A DNA stretch of 64,000 bases from the IMG/VR virus record IMGVR_UViG_3300035698_010745; one strand, 5' to 3'. The notes under the pieces were generated by a model, which was given only the letters and a program-made list of their open reading frames with translations, ran no database searches and was not told where the DNA came from. The position numbers and the translations under genes were made by a program. Origin of the DNA: an uncultured virus (IMG/VR IMGVR_UViG_3300035698_010745). Taxonomy: Duplodnaviria > Heunggongvirae > Uroviricota > Caudoviricetes. Each line of letters begins with the position of its first letter. Position 1 is the stretch's first letter. Below, piece by piece: positions 1 through 10,281 of this stretch.

Positions 1-73
1 ATATCAAATGTACTTGTTGGCATAGTTTCTCCTTAGTCGATTGTAACGGGGTACGTCACGGCCTTCACCCCTC

Positions 74-835
74 CTAGTCGATTATGACAGGGTACGTCAC
101 AGCCTTCACCGTACGACGTTCGCCTTCCGGCAAGCCGCTGTCGCGGGGGTCATAAATGTCATCGTTCTCGGTCTTCCACTCTTTCTTGCGGGTCTCGGGG
201 TTCATCACCGCAACCTCGCCAGTCCAAGTAGTGGTGTACTCGGTGGTATCATCCCCCAAGTCCTGCTCAACCGTGACTAGCTTGGTCTTCTTGCCTTCTG
301 CATCGGCACCAAGATTCAACAGCTCGCCGACGATACCCGCTTCCCGCTTGACTACGAAGACAGCTTCCTTCGGAGCCAAGGCAGTTCTTAGAATACGGTT
401 CACCCGGATACGGGATGGCATGAAAACGATTTCCAAATCCATATCCTTGGCCACTTCTGGATACGTCACCTTGTTACCTTCGGCTACTGGCACGACATAC
501 GGAACATCCAACGTAAGCTCGATTGCTTTCCCATCCGGTGCAGTACCGTGGTAGCCAATCTTGTCGGGATGCAGGTCAACATCGTAACCGCACTTGTGAA
601 CGCCCCCGGCCACAACGGTCATGTCAATGTCTTCCAACACACCAGCATTGTCGTAATGGATTGCGCCTGCCGAAGCAACGAGGCGATGCGTACCCTCTCC
701 CGGCAGTTTGGATATGTCGAAGGTCTTACTGTTGAGCGTCCGTGCTGCTACAACTTCAACCTGCTTCTCTACGGGCTTCGGGTCTTCTTCAATTGGGTCT
801 AAATCTGGCATGGTCAGTCTCCTGTAGTTGTCCAA
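74..835 (-). CDS. hypothetical protein, probably virion-associated (start may be the later Met, MPDLDP)
   Basis: 253-aa ORF directly downstream of the large repeat protein in the same orientation; no family recognised. Confidence 0.7.
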   Translation of the reverse strand: MDNYRRLTMPDLDPIEEDPKPVEKQVEVVAARTLNSKTFDISKLPGEGTHRLVASAGAIHYDNAGVLEDIDMTVVAGGVHKCGYDVDLHPDKIGYHGTAPDGKAIELTLDVPYVVPVAEGNKVTYPEVAKDMDLEIVFMPSRIRVNRILRTALAPKEAVFVVKREAGIVGELLNLGADAEGKKTKLVTVEQDLGDDTTEYTTTWTGEVAVMNPETRKKEWKTENDDIYDPRDSGLPEGERRTVKAVTYPVIID

Positions 836-3800
836 GTGCCACGACCACTAAGGACGTGCCACCAGTTTGTGTGCACCAGCACCAGTCTTGCCGAAGTAAA
901 AGCCCAATCGTTTGTGAGGCTCTCACCGTAGCCAGAGTAATACTCGTATGAATTTGTCCCGCTCGAATCATCCACCGGGCAGTCGGCGTTAATCTTGAAG
1001 ATATTGGTCGTGTGGTTGACGAAGATGTAGTCCAGCCCTCTATCGACTGTGCCGTTGCCTATGGGCAATTCAAACAACACATCGCCCGCTCCGGTATAGA
1101 CAAACATGGACCCTGTCTGCGCCTTCGTCACCGTGTAGTCGTCGGTGGAGGTAACAAAGACCATATTCAATCCCGGATACTCCCATGCCGGATCGCTACT
1201 CGTTCCCGTGCTTGTCCACACCTTCCTGTCTGCACCGTGAGCGATTTCCGCCACATTCCCACTGCCGTCAACGATTAGAGACCTATCAGCCGTACCGTCC
1301 AGTGTGGTTGCTGCATCCCCTGGCTGTGTCGCACTAGTGGCAAGATCACCTTCCGCCCCTGTGGCGAAGTCCCCCGTTGCGTTGGTGCTGGCCGTTCCCA
1401 GTCCATGCACGTTCGTTCCCTCAAGGGCTTCATGTGCCGCAAGGTCAGCCTGCAACGCATAGTTGACATCAGGGACGGGCGAAACGTTAGTACCTGTAGT
1501 TGTCCAGTCACCTCGGGCGTACACAACATGCCACCAGTCGCTCTCAGCCAGCTTCAGGGTACAGGAACTCCACGGCCATGCGTTCACCCCACCCGAGCCA
1601 GAGTACAGCTCATAGGACACATCGTCGTCTGAATCGTCGATACTCTGGCCTGTAGTGGTGTTGAGCTTCAGCAAGTTCGTGGTCAGGTTGACAAACGAAT
1701 AATTGCCGCCCACCGTACCAACCGTACCAGTCGGCAAGTTGAAGAGGATATCCCCCGCGTAGTTATAGACGAAAGTGCTACCACGCATATCCGCTGTGAC
1801 GGTGTAGTCATCGTTTGTAGTAATCGTAACGACAGACGGCACAACATTCGACTCAGCAACAGAAGTGAGGTAGCCCATCCCGGCCATCGTCTGATAATTG
1901 ACGACTTCGATTCCAGAGGTGGCCGTATTGGTTACACTTGCCAGGGCAAATATCCAGTCGGTACCAGCCGCCATGGTCGGAGAATCGCTGGCTGTAAGGT
2001 AACCCAAAGCCGCAATTTCAGCCTTGGTGTATCTATTCGTCAACTCGGTATTCAAATCTGTCTGGGCGGAAAGTGTCCCGGTGATATCTCCCCAAGCCAC
2101 TCCAGTAATGTAACTCTGTGCAATCACCCAGTTCGTTGAGGCAAGTCCGTTCGTGATTGAGGCGGTAACGAAGAGGGCATCGTTGTTGTAATCACTCAAA
2201 TTGGTCCACGCACCAATTCCACCCGTCACCAGATAGCCTGCGTCGTTATTGAACGTCGAAACGGGCAAGGCATCAACTTCGGCCTTCGTGTATTTGTTCG
2301 TCAAAATCACGTACAAGTCCGTCTGGTTCGCCAAGGTCCCTGTAATATTTCCCCATATGGCATTCGTATCTGCCGTCAGGTAGCCCATCCCTACCATCGT
2401 CTGATAGTTGACGATTTCGATTCCAGAGCTGGCCGTGTTGGTTACACTTGCCAAGGCGAAAGCCCAATCCGTACCGACAGCCATAGTCGGGGAATCGTTG
2501 ACTGTGAGATACCCCAATGCAGCGATTTCGGCTTTGGTGTAACGATTGGTCAACTCGGTATTCAAGTCTGTCTGTGCAGACAAGGTTCCCGTGATATCTC
2601 CCCAAGCAATCCCTGTGATGTACCCCTGTGCAATCACCCAGTTTGTACTTGCCAAACCGTTGGTGATTGAGGCTGTCACAAAAAGAGCGTCGTTGTTGTA
2701 TTCACTTAGATTTGTCCATGCACCGATTCCACCCGTTATCAGATACCCCGAATCGTTATTGAACGTCGAAACAGGCAAGGCATCAACTTCGGCCTTCGTA
2801 TACTTGTTCGTCAGAATCACGTACAGGTCTGTCTGGTCGGCCAAAGTCCCCGTAATATTTCCCCAGACAGCATTGGTATCCGAAGCAACCGACGCAACGT
2901 AATTCGTCATCGTCTGATAGTTGACAATCATAATTCCGTTGGTAGCTGTGTTAGTCACATTCGCCAGCCCAAAGGTTTGCTCGGCTAACCATGTCTGGGC
3001 CAGGTCAATCAGAGCCAGGGTGCCATCCGCGTCTGGCACTGTCATCGTCCGGGTATTGTTGGGCGTCACACCGGACACATCAAATCCGAACTGCTTGGTA
3101 GAATCGACATCATTATAGACGCCAAATACACTATCTTGGAACGTAGAAGACTGTGCCGACGCACCGGAACCAGACGCCGAGCTGTTCAAGTCTGCACCGC
3201 GTCTATCCGTTACTGTAGTTGTCCATGTTCCATTATCAGCAGGGTCTCGGTTTAACGTGACTGTAGCCAACCGGATGGCCCCACCAAGATAGTCAGGGTT
3301 CAAGGCTGTTACAGAGAAGGCGTCCTTGTCACCCAAGGCATCTACCAGCTTTCCGTACTGTCCAGCCTTAGTAGGGTTTCTGTTGGCCGACAGGAGAAGC
3401 ATGATGTGATTCACGTCCTGTGTGGTACCGCTCGACTGGAAGGCAACAACCTCCACGTTAAACCATTTGTTGTCAGCAGTCAGGATGGGCTGTCCGTTTG
3501 CATCATGGTCAATCTGATTCAAGTCCGTGATGGCCGTAATACCGTTCGTGTCATTCATTATGAAATACTGATTCTGACTCGTTAGCCACTCCGACCAGTC
3601 CTGAAGATGCATCTGCCAGATGCTGCCAGCAGTAACGGATATTAGGACGTTGTCCTCCGCTCCGGCATTTACAGTAATGTCCGTATCAGCCTCGCAACCT
3701 ATCTCCCATGCCGCGCCAAGCTTCCTGACACGCTCGCCGATATGACTGATACGACTTCTATTGTCGGGGCCAAACGCCATTTCTGTGTATCGCTGACATG

Positions 3801-6051
3801 AGAAAGCATTGTTATCCCTGACACTGACCGCATCCATGCAGTTGATGACGGCCAAGATGGCCCTCTCGCCCGAAGGCCGAGATGTCAAAGAGGAGATGCC
3901 GGAAGGCGTCACATACACATAGTTGATTTGAGATGCGCTCGTTGTTCCCGCAGTGAGAGTGATGTTGGTGGGCATACTGTAGCTCACCGGGAGACTGTTC
4001 CAGTAGTAGATAAGCTCGCTTGCACCACCTGCCTCAGTAACAGCCACCGTGATATTTGTTCCATCGGAGTTCACATTGAAAGCCGGGCGGTTGTAAGACA
4101 GGGCGTTATAGAGTTCCCGCTGGGATGCGACTGGCTGGTGCGCGTACATGGAACCGTTCGTCGCCACCGTAATGACATGGCCCAACACCACCTGAAGGAA
4201 GTCGCTCGGGACATTCGTGATGCCACCCGGCGTGTCTGCAAGATACACGATATCATCACTGCCGAAAGTGCTCAAGTCGATATCGTTGATGACCCCGTAC
4301 ACCGTTACCCGGCCCCAGCCACCGTTCGTGATGGTCATGGTCGTCATGCCGAGAGCCGTGCCGCCAGCCATCGCGTCTGCGTCTGCCAGCATAATAGTGG
4401 GACGGTCATTCGTGCCTCCACTGATGGTAACAGCCTTCCCATTCGGAATATCCGACCCCGTATGATTCTCCACATTGACCCAGCCCTCGTGACCAACCTG
4501 CAACCGGGTATCTGTACTTGGCACCAGAACAAGGGTATCCGTGTCCGCGTCCCAGTACATGTCTCCCGTGTTGGAGGACGGCTCTGTTGCCTGTGGAACC
4601 ATATGGACGTAATTGACGTTCGGGATGAGATTGGTACTCAACGCCCAGTCCGTCATCGTCTGATAATTGACAATCTCGATTCCAGAGCTGGCCGTATTCG
4701 TTACACTGGCCAAAGCAAAGGCCCAGTCAGTGCCAATAGCCATAGTCGGGCTGGAATTGGTCGTAAGATACCCCAATGCAGCGATTTCGGCTTTAGTATA
4801 CCGATTGGTCAACTCGGTATTCAAGTCTGTCTGGGCCGACAGAGTTCCGGTGATATCCCCCCAAGCCACCCCAGTAATGTAGCCTTGCGCAACTACCCAA
4901 TTTGTTGAGGCAAGTCCGTTGGTGATTGAGGCTGTCACAAAGAGGGCATCATTGTTGTACTGCGAAAGGTTGGTCCATGCACCAATTCCACCCGTCACTA
5001 GATAGCCTGCATCGTTATTGAACGTCGAAACAGGTAAAGCATCAACTTCTGCCTTGGTGTATTTGTTGGTCAGAATCACGTACAGGTCTGTCTGGTCGGC
5101 CAAAGTCCCCGTAATATTTCCCCAGACAGCATTGGTATCAGAAGCAGCCCCCGCCACGTAGTTCGTCATCGTCTGGTAGTTGACAATTTCGATTCCGGTT
5201 GTGGCGTCATTCGTCACACTAGCCAGAGCAAAGGCCCAATCCGTTCCAGCCGCCATTGTGGGTGAGTCATTGGTCGTAAGATAGCCCAAGGCCGCAATTT
5301 CGGCCTTGGTGTAGCGGTTAGTCAACTCGGTATTCAAGTCCGTCTGGGCGGACAGGGTTCCGGTAATATCCCCCCAAGCCACTCCAGTCAGGTAGCCCTG
5401 TAAAACTACCCAGTTTGTTGAAGCAAGTCCGTTGGTGATTGAAGCCGTCACGAAGAGAGCATCATTGTTGTAGTCGCTCAAATTCGTCCATGAACCAATC
5501 CCGCCCGTCACTAGGTAGCCCGAATCGTTATTGAAGGTCGAAACAGGCAAAGCATCAACCTCAGCCTTGGTGTATTTGTTGGTCAGAATCACATACAGGT
5601 CGGTCTGGTCGGCCAAGGTTCCTGTAATATTTCCCCAGACTGCATTGGTATCCGCCGTCAGATAACCCATTCCGGTCATCGTCTGGTAGTTGACGACTTC
5701 GATTCCAGAGGTGGCCGTATTGGTTACGCTGGCCAAGGCGAAGGCCCATTCGGTCCCAGCCGCCATAGTGGGGCTGGAATTGGTCGTCAGTCCACTACCC
5801 GAGGGCGAATCCCAAGAGCCATCAGCCTTCAGGTACTTACCAACGTCACCCGCAACGCTGGTCACCAATCCCGTCGTCCCGGCCCCCGCGAAGACATTCG
5901 TGGAGATAGAGATATGGTTGGATGCGGCAAGAATGTCGAAGTCGATGATGATATAATTGCTATCCCGCATAACACTTTTTTGAAAGTCCTGGCCAAATGC
6001 CGGAACGATGATTGCCAACGAGAGTAGAAAACTACTGATTATTCTTTTCAT
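814..6051 (-). CDS. large repetitive tail-fibre/virion-surface-like protein with N-terminal signal peptide
   Basis: 1745 aa, T/N/G-rich; four near-identical ~170-aa repeats (WGNITGTLADQTDL...WGDITGTLSAQTDL); two C-terminal DDYTVT...FVY..AGD.LF.LP domains; N-terminus MKRIISSFLLSLAIIVPAFG; RBS TAGGAG. Confidence 0.7.
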   Translation of the reverse strand: MKRIISSFLLSLAIIVPAFGQDFQKSVMRDSNYIIIDFDILAASNHISISTNVFAGAGTTGLVTSVAGDVGKYLKADGSWDSPSGSGLTTNSSPTMAAGTEWAFALASVTNTATSGIEVVNYQTMTGMGYLTADTNAVWGNITGTLADQTDLYVILTNKYTKAEVDALPVSTFNNDSGYLVTGGIGSWTNLSDYNNDALFVTASITNGLASTNWVVLQGYLTGVAWGDITGTLSAQTDLNTELTNRYTKAEIAALGYLTTNDSPTMAAGTDWAFALASVTNDATTGIEIVNYQTMTNYVAGAASDTNAVWGNITGTLADQTDLYVILTNKYTKAEVDALPVSTFNNDAGYLVTGGIGAWTNLSQYNNDALFVTASITNGLASTNWVVAQGYITGVAWGDITGTLSAQTDLNTELTNRYTKAEIAALGYLTTNSSPTMAIGTDWAFALASVTNTASSGIEIVNYQTMTDWALSTNLIPNVNYVHMVPQATEPSSNTGDMYWDADTDTLVLVPSTDTRLQVGHEGWVNVENHTGSDIPNGKAVTISGGTNDRPTIMLADADAMAGGTALGMTTMTITNGGWGRVTVYGVINDIDLSTFGSDDIVYLADTPGGITNVPSDFLQVVLGHVITVATNGSMYAHQPVASQRELYNALSYNRPAFNVNSDGTNITVAVTEAGGASELIYYWNSLPVSYSMPTNITLTAGTTSASQINYVYVTPSGISSLTSRPSGERAILAVINCMDAVSVRDNNAFSCQRYTEMAFGPDNRSRISHIGERVRKLGAAWEIGCEADTDITVNAGAEDNVLISVTAGSIWQMHLQDWSEWLTSQNQYFIMNDTNGITAITDLNQIDHDANGQPILTADNKWFNVEVVAFQSSGTTQDVNHIMLLLSANRNPTKAGQYGKLVDALGDKDAFSVTALNPDYLGGAIRLATVTLNRDPADNGTWTTTVTDRRGADLNSSASGSGASAQSSTFQDSVFGVYNDVDSTKQFGFDVSGVTPNNTRTMTVPDADGTLALIDLAQTWLAEQTFGLANVTNTATNGIMIVNYQTMTNYVASVASDTNAVWGNITGTLADQTDLYVILTNKYTKAEVDALPVSTFNNDSGYLITGGIGAWTNLSEYNNDALFVTASITNGLASTNWVIAQGYITGIAWGDITGTLSAQTDLNTELTNRYTKAEIAALGYLTVNDSPTMAVGTDWAFALASVTNTASSGIEIVNYQTMVGMGYLTADTNAIWGNITGTLANQTDLYVILTNKYTKAEVDALPVSTFNNDAGYLVTGGIGAWTNLSDYNNDALFVTASITNGLASTNWVIAQSYITGVAWGDITGTLSAQTDLNTELTNRYTKAEIAALGYLTASDSPTMAAGTDWIFALASVTNTATSGIEVVNYQTMAGMGYLTSVAESNVVPSVVTITTNDDYTVTADMRGSTFVYNYAGDILFNLPTGTVGTVGGNYSFVNLTTNLLKLNTTTGQSIDDSDDDVSYELYSGSGGVNAWPWSSCTLKLAESDWWHVVYARGDWTTTGTNVSPVPDVNYALQADLAAHEALEGTNVHGLGTASTNATGDFATGAEGDLATSATQPGDAATTLDGTADRSLIVDGSGNVAEIAHGADRKVWTSTGTSSDPAWEYPGLNMVFVTSTDDYTVTKAQTGSMFVYTGAGDVLFELPIGNGTVDRGLDYIFVNHTTNIFKINADCPVDDSSGTNSYEYYSGYGESLTNDWAFTSARLVLVHTNWWHVLSGRGTWTTTGD

Positions 6052-6060
6052 GTTCGGCTC

Positions 6061-6507
6061 CTACAGGACTATCCCGGTTTGTGCAACTTCGATAGCCGCA
6101 CTCCCATCCGTTCCGCTCATTCGAATCTGATAAAACAGGCCATTTGTGACACTTTCGAGGTAGACCTTACCGTCTGATTCCACCTTTAATTCGCTATTAC
6201 TTGGCAATCCGCCGCCATTCGACGAGACATTTCCGTAAGCATCCTCATCTTTCGTAGCGATAACGGTAAATCTACCGACGACCGAGCCGAGAGGTGGTGG
6301 CTCCATGCCATAAAACCAAGTCACCTGTGCTGGGTTGGAATACTCAACTCCATCCACAATCACATTGAACGGGTCTTGGTCGCTTACGGGCGCATCATCC
6401 AGAATCAGCCGCACGGCGTTCTCGTATCTGGCTATATGCGCTCCCTCGGGGATGTACCTCCCCAGGGGAGTACAAAGGAATCTTTGTGAGCAACGATAAA
6501 CATACAT
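6061..6507 (-). CDS. hypothetical protein, first gene of the putative structural cassette
   Basis: 148-aa ORF with AGGAG RBS-like sequence upstream. Confidence 0.7.
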   Translation of the reverse strand: MYVYRCSQRFLCTPLGRYIPEGAHIARYENAVRLILDDAPVSDQDPFNVIVDGVEYSNPAQVTWFYGMEPPPLGSVVGRFTVIATKDEDAYGNVSSNGGGLPSNSELKVESDGKVYLESVTNGLFYQIRMSGTDGSAAIEVAQTGIVL

Positions 6508-6544
6508 GGGCCTACTTCTCCCTTATGTGGGTGAGCAAATCTCT

Positions 6545-6570
6545 CTACATAAGGAGTAAATATCAAAGAA
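6545..6570 (-). promoter_or_regulatory. putative class-2 phage promoter TTCTTTGATA-N12-GTAG
   Basis: Same motif precedes ORFs at 22924-22950 (-) and 15164-15189 (+). Confidence 0.5.
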
Positions 6571-6591
6571 AACGTAGACATTGAGAGAAGA

Positions 6592-6618
6592 AAGCGGCGG
6601 CTAAATTAGCCGCCGCTC
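6592..6618 (-). terminator. intrinsic terminator-like hairpin
   Basis: AGCGGCGGCTAA/TTAGCCGCCGCT inverted repeat followed by TTCTT on the minus strand, at the boundary between gene blocks. Confidence 0.6.
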
Positions 6619-6819
6619 AACACCAGGGAGCGCAAAAACGCTCAAGATTTTGAGATGAATCCGCCGGTCGGGGACTCGAATATTCTCGTGGGCCATCGAT
6701 AATGCCGGGTATGGTACCCAGTCTCCCATCCGGTCCGGCCCATGACCAAGATGCCAAATACCCATTCCTCGTAGCTGGGAGTCTTCCGATAGAGCAGGTA
6801 GTCCCGGCCCTCAACTACC

Positions 6820-7512
6820 TCAGCAAGAGGTATTTCGGGGAGTACGAGCTTCACTTTGCAGCCTTTCCGCTTCAAGGACAGCCTCACGCAATCGCCAAGG
6901 CCGGAAGCCCCGGACATCGACACCTACGTTCAGGAGAAGCTTGTCGTCCACCCATTTGTGCTTCCAAGCCTCGTGAACGTGTCCACATAACACAATATTA
7001 CAGAAATCCGGCAATTCCTCGACCCGGTACACCGGACGATGGACCAGGAAAAGAGAATGGCCCATGACCTCCAACACGGCGAATTTCAGGCCACGTATGC
7101 CATTACCCCGGTCGTGATTCCCGGTAATATGAACCACCTTGCCGTTAAGATTTTGTTCCCAATCCCACGCTCCCATGCCATCCCACCGGGACAGACAGAA
7201 GTCCCCGATGTGGTAGACGGTGCTATCCGGGCGAACCACTTCATTCCAGTTCTCAGTCAGGGCATCGCTCATCTCCCTGGCCCGCTCTGCCTTGATTTCC
7301 TTGGAAACCCAATGGCCACGCTTGCGCTGTCCGGGTTCCGAGGGATTCCAGATATAGTCGCCGGGCCGAAGCCAGGGCCGGTCACAGTAGGGCAAAATGT
7401 TAGCGTGGCCAAGGTGCATGTCGGAGGTCACAAAAATCCCATCCAGCTCGCTATGCTTCGGACGTGACATCTTTTTCCTCCCGAAAGGGGGTGTAATAGA
7501 CCACCTCTGCAC
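6820..7512 (-). CDS. calcineurin-like metallophosphoesterase
   Basis: SDMHLGH, HIGDF, TGNHD and CGHVH motifs; true start probably MSRPK. Confidence 0.85.
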   Translation of the reverse strand: MQRWSITPPFGRKKMSRPKHSELDGIFVTSDMHLGHANILPYCDRPWLRPGDYIWNPSEPGQRKRGHWVSKEIKAERAREMSDALTENWNEVVRPDSTVYHIGDFCLSRWDGMGAWDWEQNLNGKVVHITGNHDRGNGIRGLKFAVLEVMGHSLFLVHRPVYRVEELPDFCNIVLCGHVHEAWKHKWVDDKLLLNVGVDVRGFRPWRLREAVLEAERLQSEARTPRNTSC

Positions 7513-7683
7513 TCAGTTCCACGTCAAAATCAGCCTCTTCCTTGGCCTCAACGCAATCGCGGCACAGCAGCTTGTTGTCCCTGAAAACCCCACAGGTCTC
7601 GCACAAGGGCACATGGCACTTGCCACATGGCTCCATATCCTCAACCGGGACCATCTTCCCACAGGCACACTTTACCACGTCCA

Positions 7684-8181
7684 TCAGTCCAATCCCTTTT
7701 TCCAGGTCTTCATGCAATCCGGCACCAGCTCATCCAGCTTGGCCTCAAGCCACGCAACGTAAGGCTCCGTAGCGTCGGATGCAAGATATTCCGCCAAGGG
7801 CGTTTCGTCATCAGTAATCGCGTTGGACATGACGCTCGTGCTCTTGTTGGACTGGTCGGACTGCAAAATCTGCTGGACCAAGCCATCCCGGTAGCCCCGC
7901 AGATTCTCCAAAACCTCATCCACGGTGTTTCCTTCCTTCTCGAACATACGAATGACGCCTTTTTGGATGCCGCTCCATTCCCGGTACATCCCCTCGGCAT
8001 GGACAAAGGGCAACGCATCCCACTGAAGCCAGTGAATGACCGTGCCATCCTCCGTGGCCTCCTGGAGCTTTGCCTTCGCGGCGAGAAGGCGATGTGTGGC
8101 CACATCCGAGATGCGCCCGATTTCCTTCAAAATACCCTTGGCCGTCTTCTCAATCATTGGGTGTGTCCTCCTGTTACCCAT
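7684..8181 (-). CDS. hypothetical protein
   Basis: ORF directly downstream of a TCAGAAT-N14-GCAATG motif and an AGGAGG RBS. Confidence 0.65.
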   Translation of the reverse strand: MGNRRTHPMIEKTAKGILKEIGRISDVATHRLLAAKAKLQEATEDGTVIHWLQWDALPFVHAEGMYREWSGIQKGVIRMFEKEGNTVDEVLENLRGYRDGLVQQILQSDQSNKSTSVMSNAITDDETPLAEYLASDATEPYVAWLEAKLDELVPDCMKTWKKGLD

Positions 8182-8182
8182 T

Positions 8183-8209
8183 CATTGCAGCAAGAGCGTC
8201 CGATTCTGA
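8183..8209 (-). promoter_or_regulatory. class-1 phage promoter motif TCAGAAT-N14-GCAATG
   Basis: Exact bipartite match upstream of a gene start. Confidence 0.75.
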
Positions 8210-8569
8210 AACTTCTTCCTCAAAGATGATGGCAATTGCCCCGTCCGGGCTGTCAAGAGACCTTATCGGTTCCCAGGGACGACCACATCGTTCGCAAAAT
8301 GGCATCGAATTCTGGAACCGGGTATCAATCGAAGCCTTGTCATAGCCGCAATGGGCACACTTATGGTATTTCTGCCAACGCATCCGCCGGTACGGCAGAT
8401 TCCCGTAAACTGGATGTCTTTCCGGCATCAGACTCCTCTTTCCTAACAAAAATGGCTCCACCCATAGCTGCCTCTCCCCCGGCCTCACGCCTGCCACACC
8501 CCTCACAAGGCGTCCTGACATGGTGGGCACACCCACGGTGCAGACAAGGCTCGCCGTCCTTGTACGTCT

Positions 8570-9319
8570 TCATTTTTCCTTCTTCGTGTTGGAGAGAACG
8601 AAGCGGAACAGTTCGTTGCTATCGGCCTTCAGGGCTTCCAAATCCGTCGGGACGAGTTCCCGGTTCAGCCAATCTTCTGCCGTTTCATAGCCGTCCAGAT
8701 TGAACCAGTGGTCATAGTCCAGGTTCTCAACCACGTATGGGCTGTGAGTAATCACCATCGCACCCAGCGTCCCCTTGATGCGTTCGCGCAAGTTGGCGTT
8801 CAGCCAAGCCACAAGGCCCATGATAGATTCCTGGCCGCAACCAATTTCGATTTCGTCCAGCACGAGGAATCCCCCGTGGATGGAGTTAGACACGGTGTTG
8901 ATGAATCCGAGGGTTTCCACGGATGTCGGGTTTTCCTCCATATCCCGCATGAATACCCCCACCCCGCCCAGGTTCGAATGAAGGGCCGTCCGGCGCTGCA
9001 TCGAGGCATCGGCCACAATGGCGTCCGGCTTGATTTCACGGGCTCGGAAGACGAGCTGTTTCCGAACTAGAGACTTGCCGGAACCGTTCTTGCCGGTCAA
9101 AAGGGAGACGCTGCCGTCCAGAGGGATGTCGGTGTAGACATCCAAAATGCGGTCGAACTGTTCCTTCACTGCTTTGCTGAACTTCTTCTTAGCCATCTCT
9201 ACGATTCCATCCTGTAATTGCCCTTGGTGCGTAATCCTCGATATGGGGCCGCACCGGGCATTTCTTGTTCCCACACTGGATATGAATGTGCTTACGACCA
9301 CTTCCCGGCCACACATCAA
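8570..9319 (-). CDS. ABC/AAA-type P-loop ATPase
   Basis: Walker A GKNGSGKS, Walker B LVLDE, VITHS H-loop; start probably MAKKK. Confidence 0.8.
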   Translation of the reverse strand: MMCGREVVVSTFISSVGTRNARCGPISRITHQGQLQDGIVEMAKKKFSKAVKEQFDRILDVYTDIPLDGSVSLLTGKNGSGKSLVRKQLVFRAREIKPDAIVADASMQRRTALHSNLGGVGVFMRDMEENPTSVETLGFINTVSNSIHGGFLVLDEIEIGCGQESIMGLVAWLNANLRERIKGTLGAMVITHSPYVVENLDYDHWFNLDGYETAEDWLNRELVPTDLEALKADSNELFRFVLSNTKKEK

Positions 9320-9458
9320 TGTCAGAAGCGCAATAGGGACACGTCTTTAGGGGCTCCGTCAAGAGTTTGGCTATCGCCTCCCTGTCTCCCTCATCCCCCG
9401 TGATGTATGCTGTCGCTGCCATCAGTCCAGCACCAGCTCGGCCAGTTCCTGCACCCAA
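9189..9458 (-). CDS. Lar-like (restriction alleviation) zinc-ribbon protein
   Basis: LKTCPYC...IQC..KC...AITGWNRR pattern typical of the Lar family. Confidence 0.6.
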   Translation of the reverse strand: MGAGTGRAGAGLMAATAYITGDEGDREAIAKLLTEPLKTCPYCASDIDVWPGSGRKHIHIQCGNKKCPVRPHIEDYAPRAITGWNRRDG

Positions 9459-9571
9459 TAAACGACATTGTTCAAGCCACCACTGGGCTTGCGCGGTTTC
9501 TCAATCCTCTTGGGATATGGAGCCTGATTCTTATATCTCGAAATGTCCATATGTGTTCCTCCTTATCCCAT

Positions 9572-9598
9572 CATTGCGAAAGCGCCATCGGATTCTGG
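9572..9598 (-). promoter_or_regulatory. class-1 phage promoter motif (variant CCAGAAT-N14-GCAATG)
   Basis: One mismatch; followed by AGGAGG and ATG. Confidence 0.65.
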
Positions 9599-9756
9599 GA
9601 TTTTCTCTTCGTCCCACAAAAATACGGCTCTGCCAATCTTCCCGCCCGACTTCCCGTATCGACTCTTGATGATGACACCACCCGAGATGACGACATCTTC
9701 CCTCAACATCTGTCGAATTTTCAATTCTGCCGGAGCGATATGTAGAATCTTCAGGG

Positions 9757-10281
9757 TCATACGGGACACCCGCATTGCGGGCAATGGGGCTTTAGCAACA
9801 CATCCTCTTTCCGGGCGCGAGCCGCTTTCTTAACCCGGCACTCCAGCTTCAGGGCCTGGCTCTTTGTCAAACCACCCCTCCATGCCTTCAAGTGTACAGG
9901 AAGGCGTCCACGGGTATACCGGGCACCCTTACCCTTGCCGTGAACCCAAATGCGCTTCTGTAAGTCATTCGTGGCCCCACAATAAAGCGTACCGTCCGAA
10001 CACTTCAATAGGTAGACTTTCCAGTTTGTCTGCGAGCGCTCCAACTGCCGACGGAGTTCCTGTATCCTGGCCAACCGGTCCTGCAACGGCACACAATGAC
10101 CTCGCTCCCACCGGTTTACGGTTGCGAAGGATACTCCCACGCTCTCGGCAAAATCAACCTGCGTCATATGTAAGCCCTTACGCAGTGCTTTGATTTGTCT
10201 CGGTATCATCAGAACACCAAGTGCTCGTGCTCGTGTTCCTGGCAGTAGGTGCCCGTTGTATTCGTCGCGGGGGCACCACAC
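9757..10281 (-). CDS. XRE-type HTH fused to a GIY-YIG nuclease domain
   Basis: [32 protein letters not shown] (HTH), then [23 protein letters not shown] (GIY-YIG, YhbQ-like). Confidence 0.8.
   Translation of the reverse strand: MWCPRDEYNGHLLPGTRARALGVLMIPRQIKALRKGLHMTQVDFAESVGVSFATVNRWERGHCVPLQDRLARIQELRRQLERSQTNWKVYLLKCSDGTLYCGATNDLQKRIWVHGKGKGARYTRGRLPVHLKAWRGGLTKSQALKLECRVKKAARARKEDVLLKPHCPQCGCPV

Noticed and set aside
814..6051. Diversity-generating retroelement target/template repeats
   Set aside because: Repeats are in-frame coding repeats with synonymous differences, not adenine-specific, and no reverse transcriptase is present in the window
6052..6063. Amber read-through fusing the 148-aa ORF to the 1745-aa protein (TAG is in frame with the next ATG)
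   Set aside because: TAGGAG doubles as the RBS, the downstream protein starts with its own signal peptide, and in-frame spacing has a 1-in-3 chance
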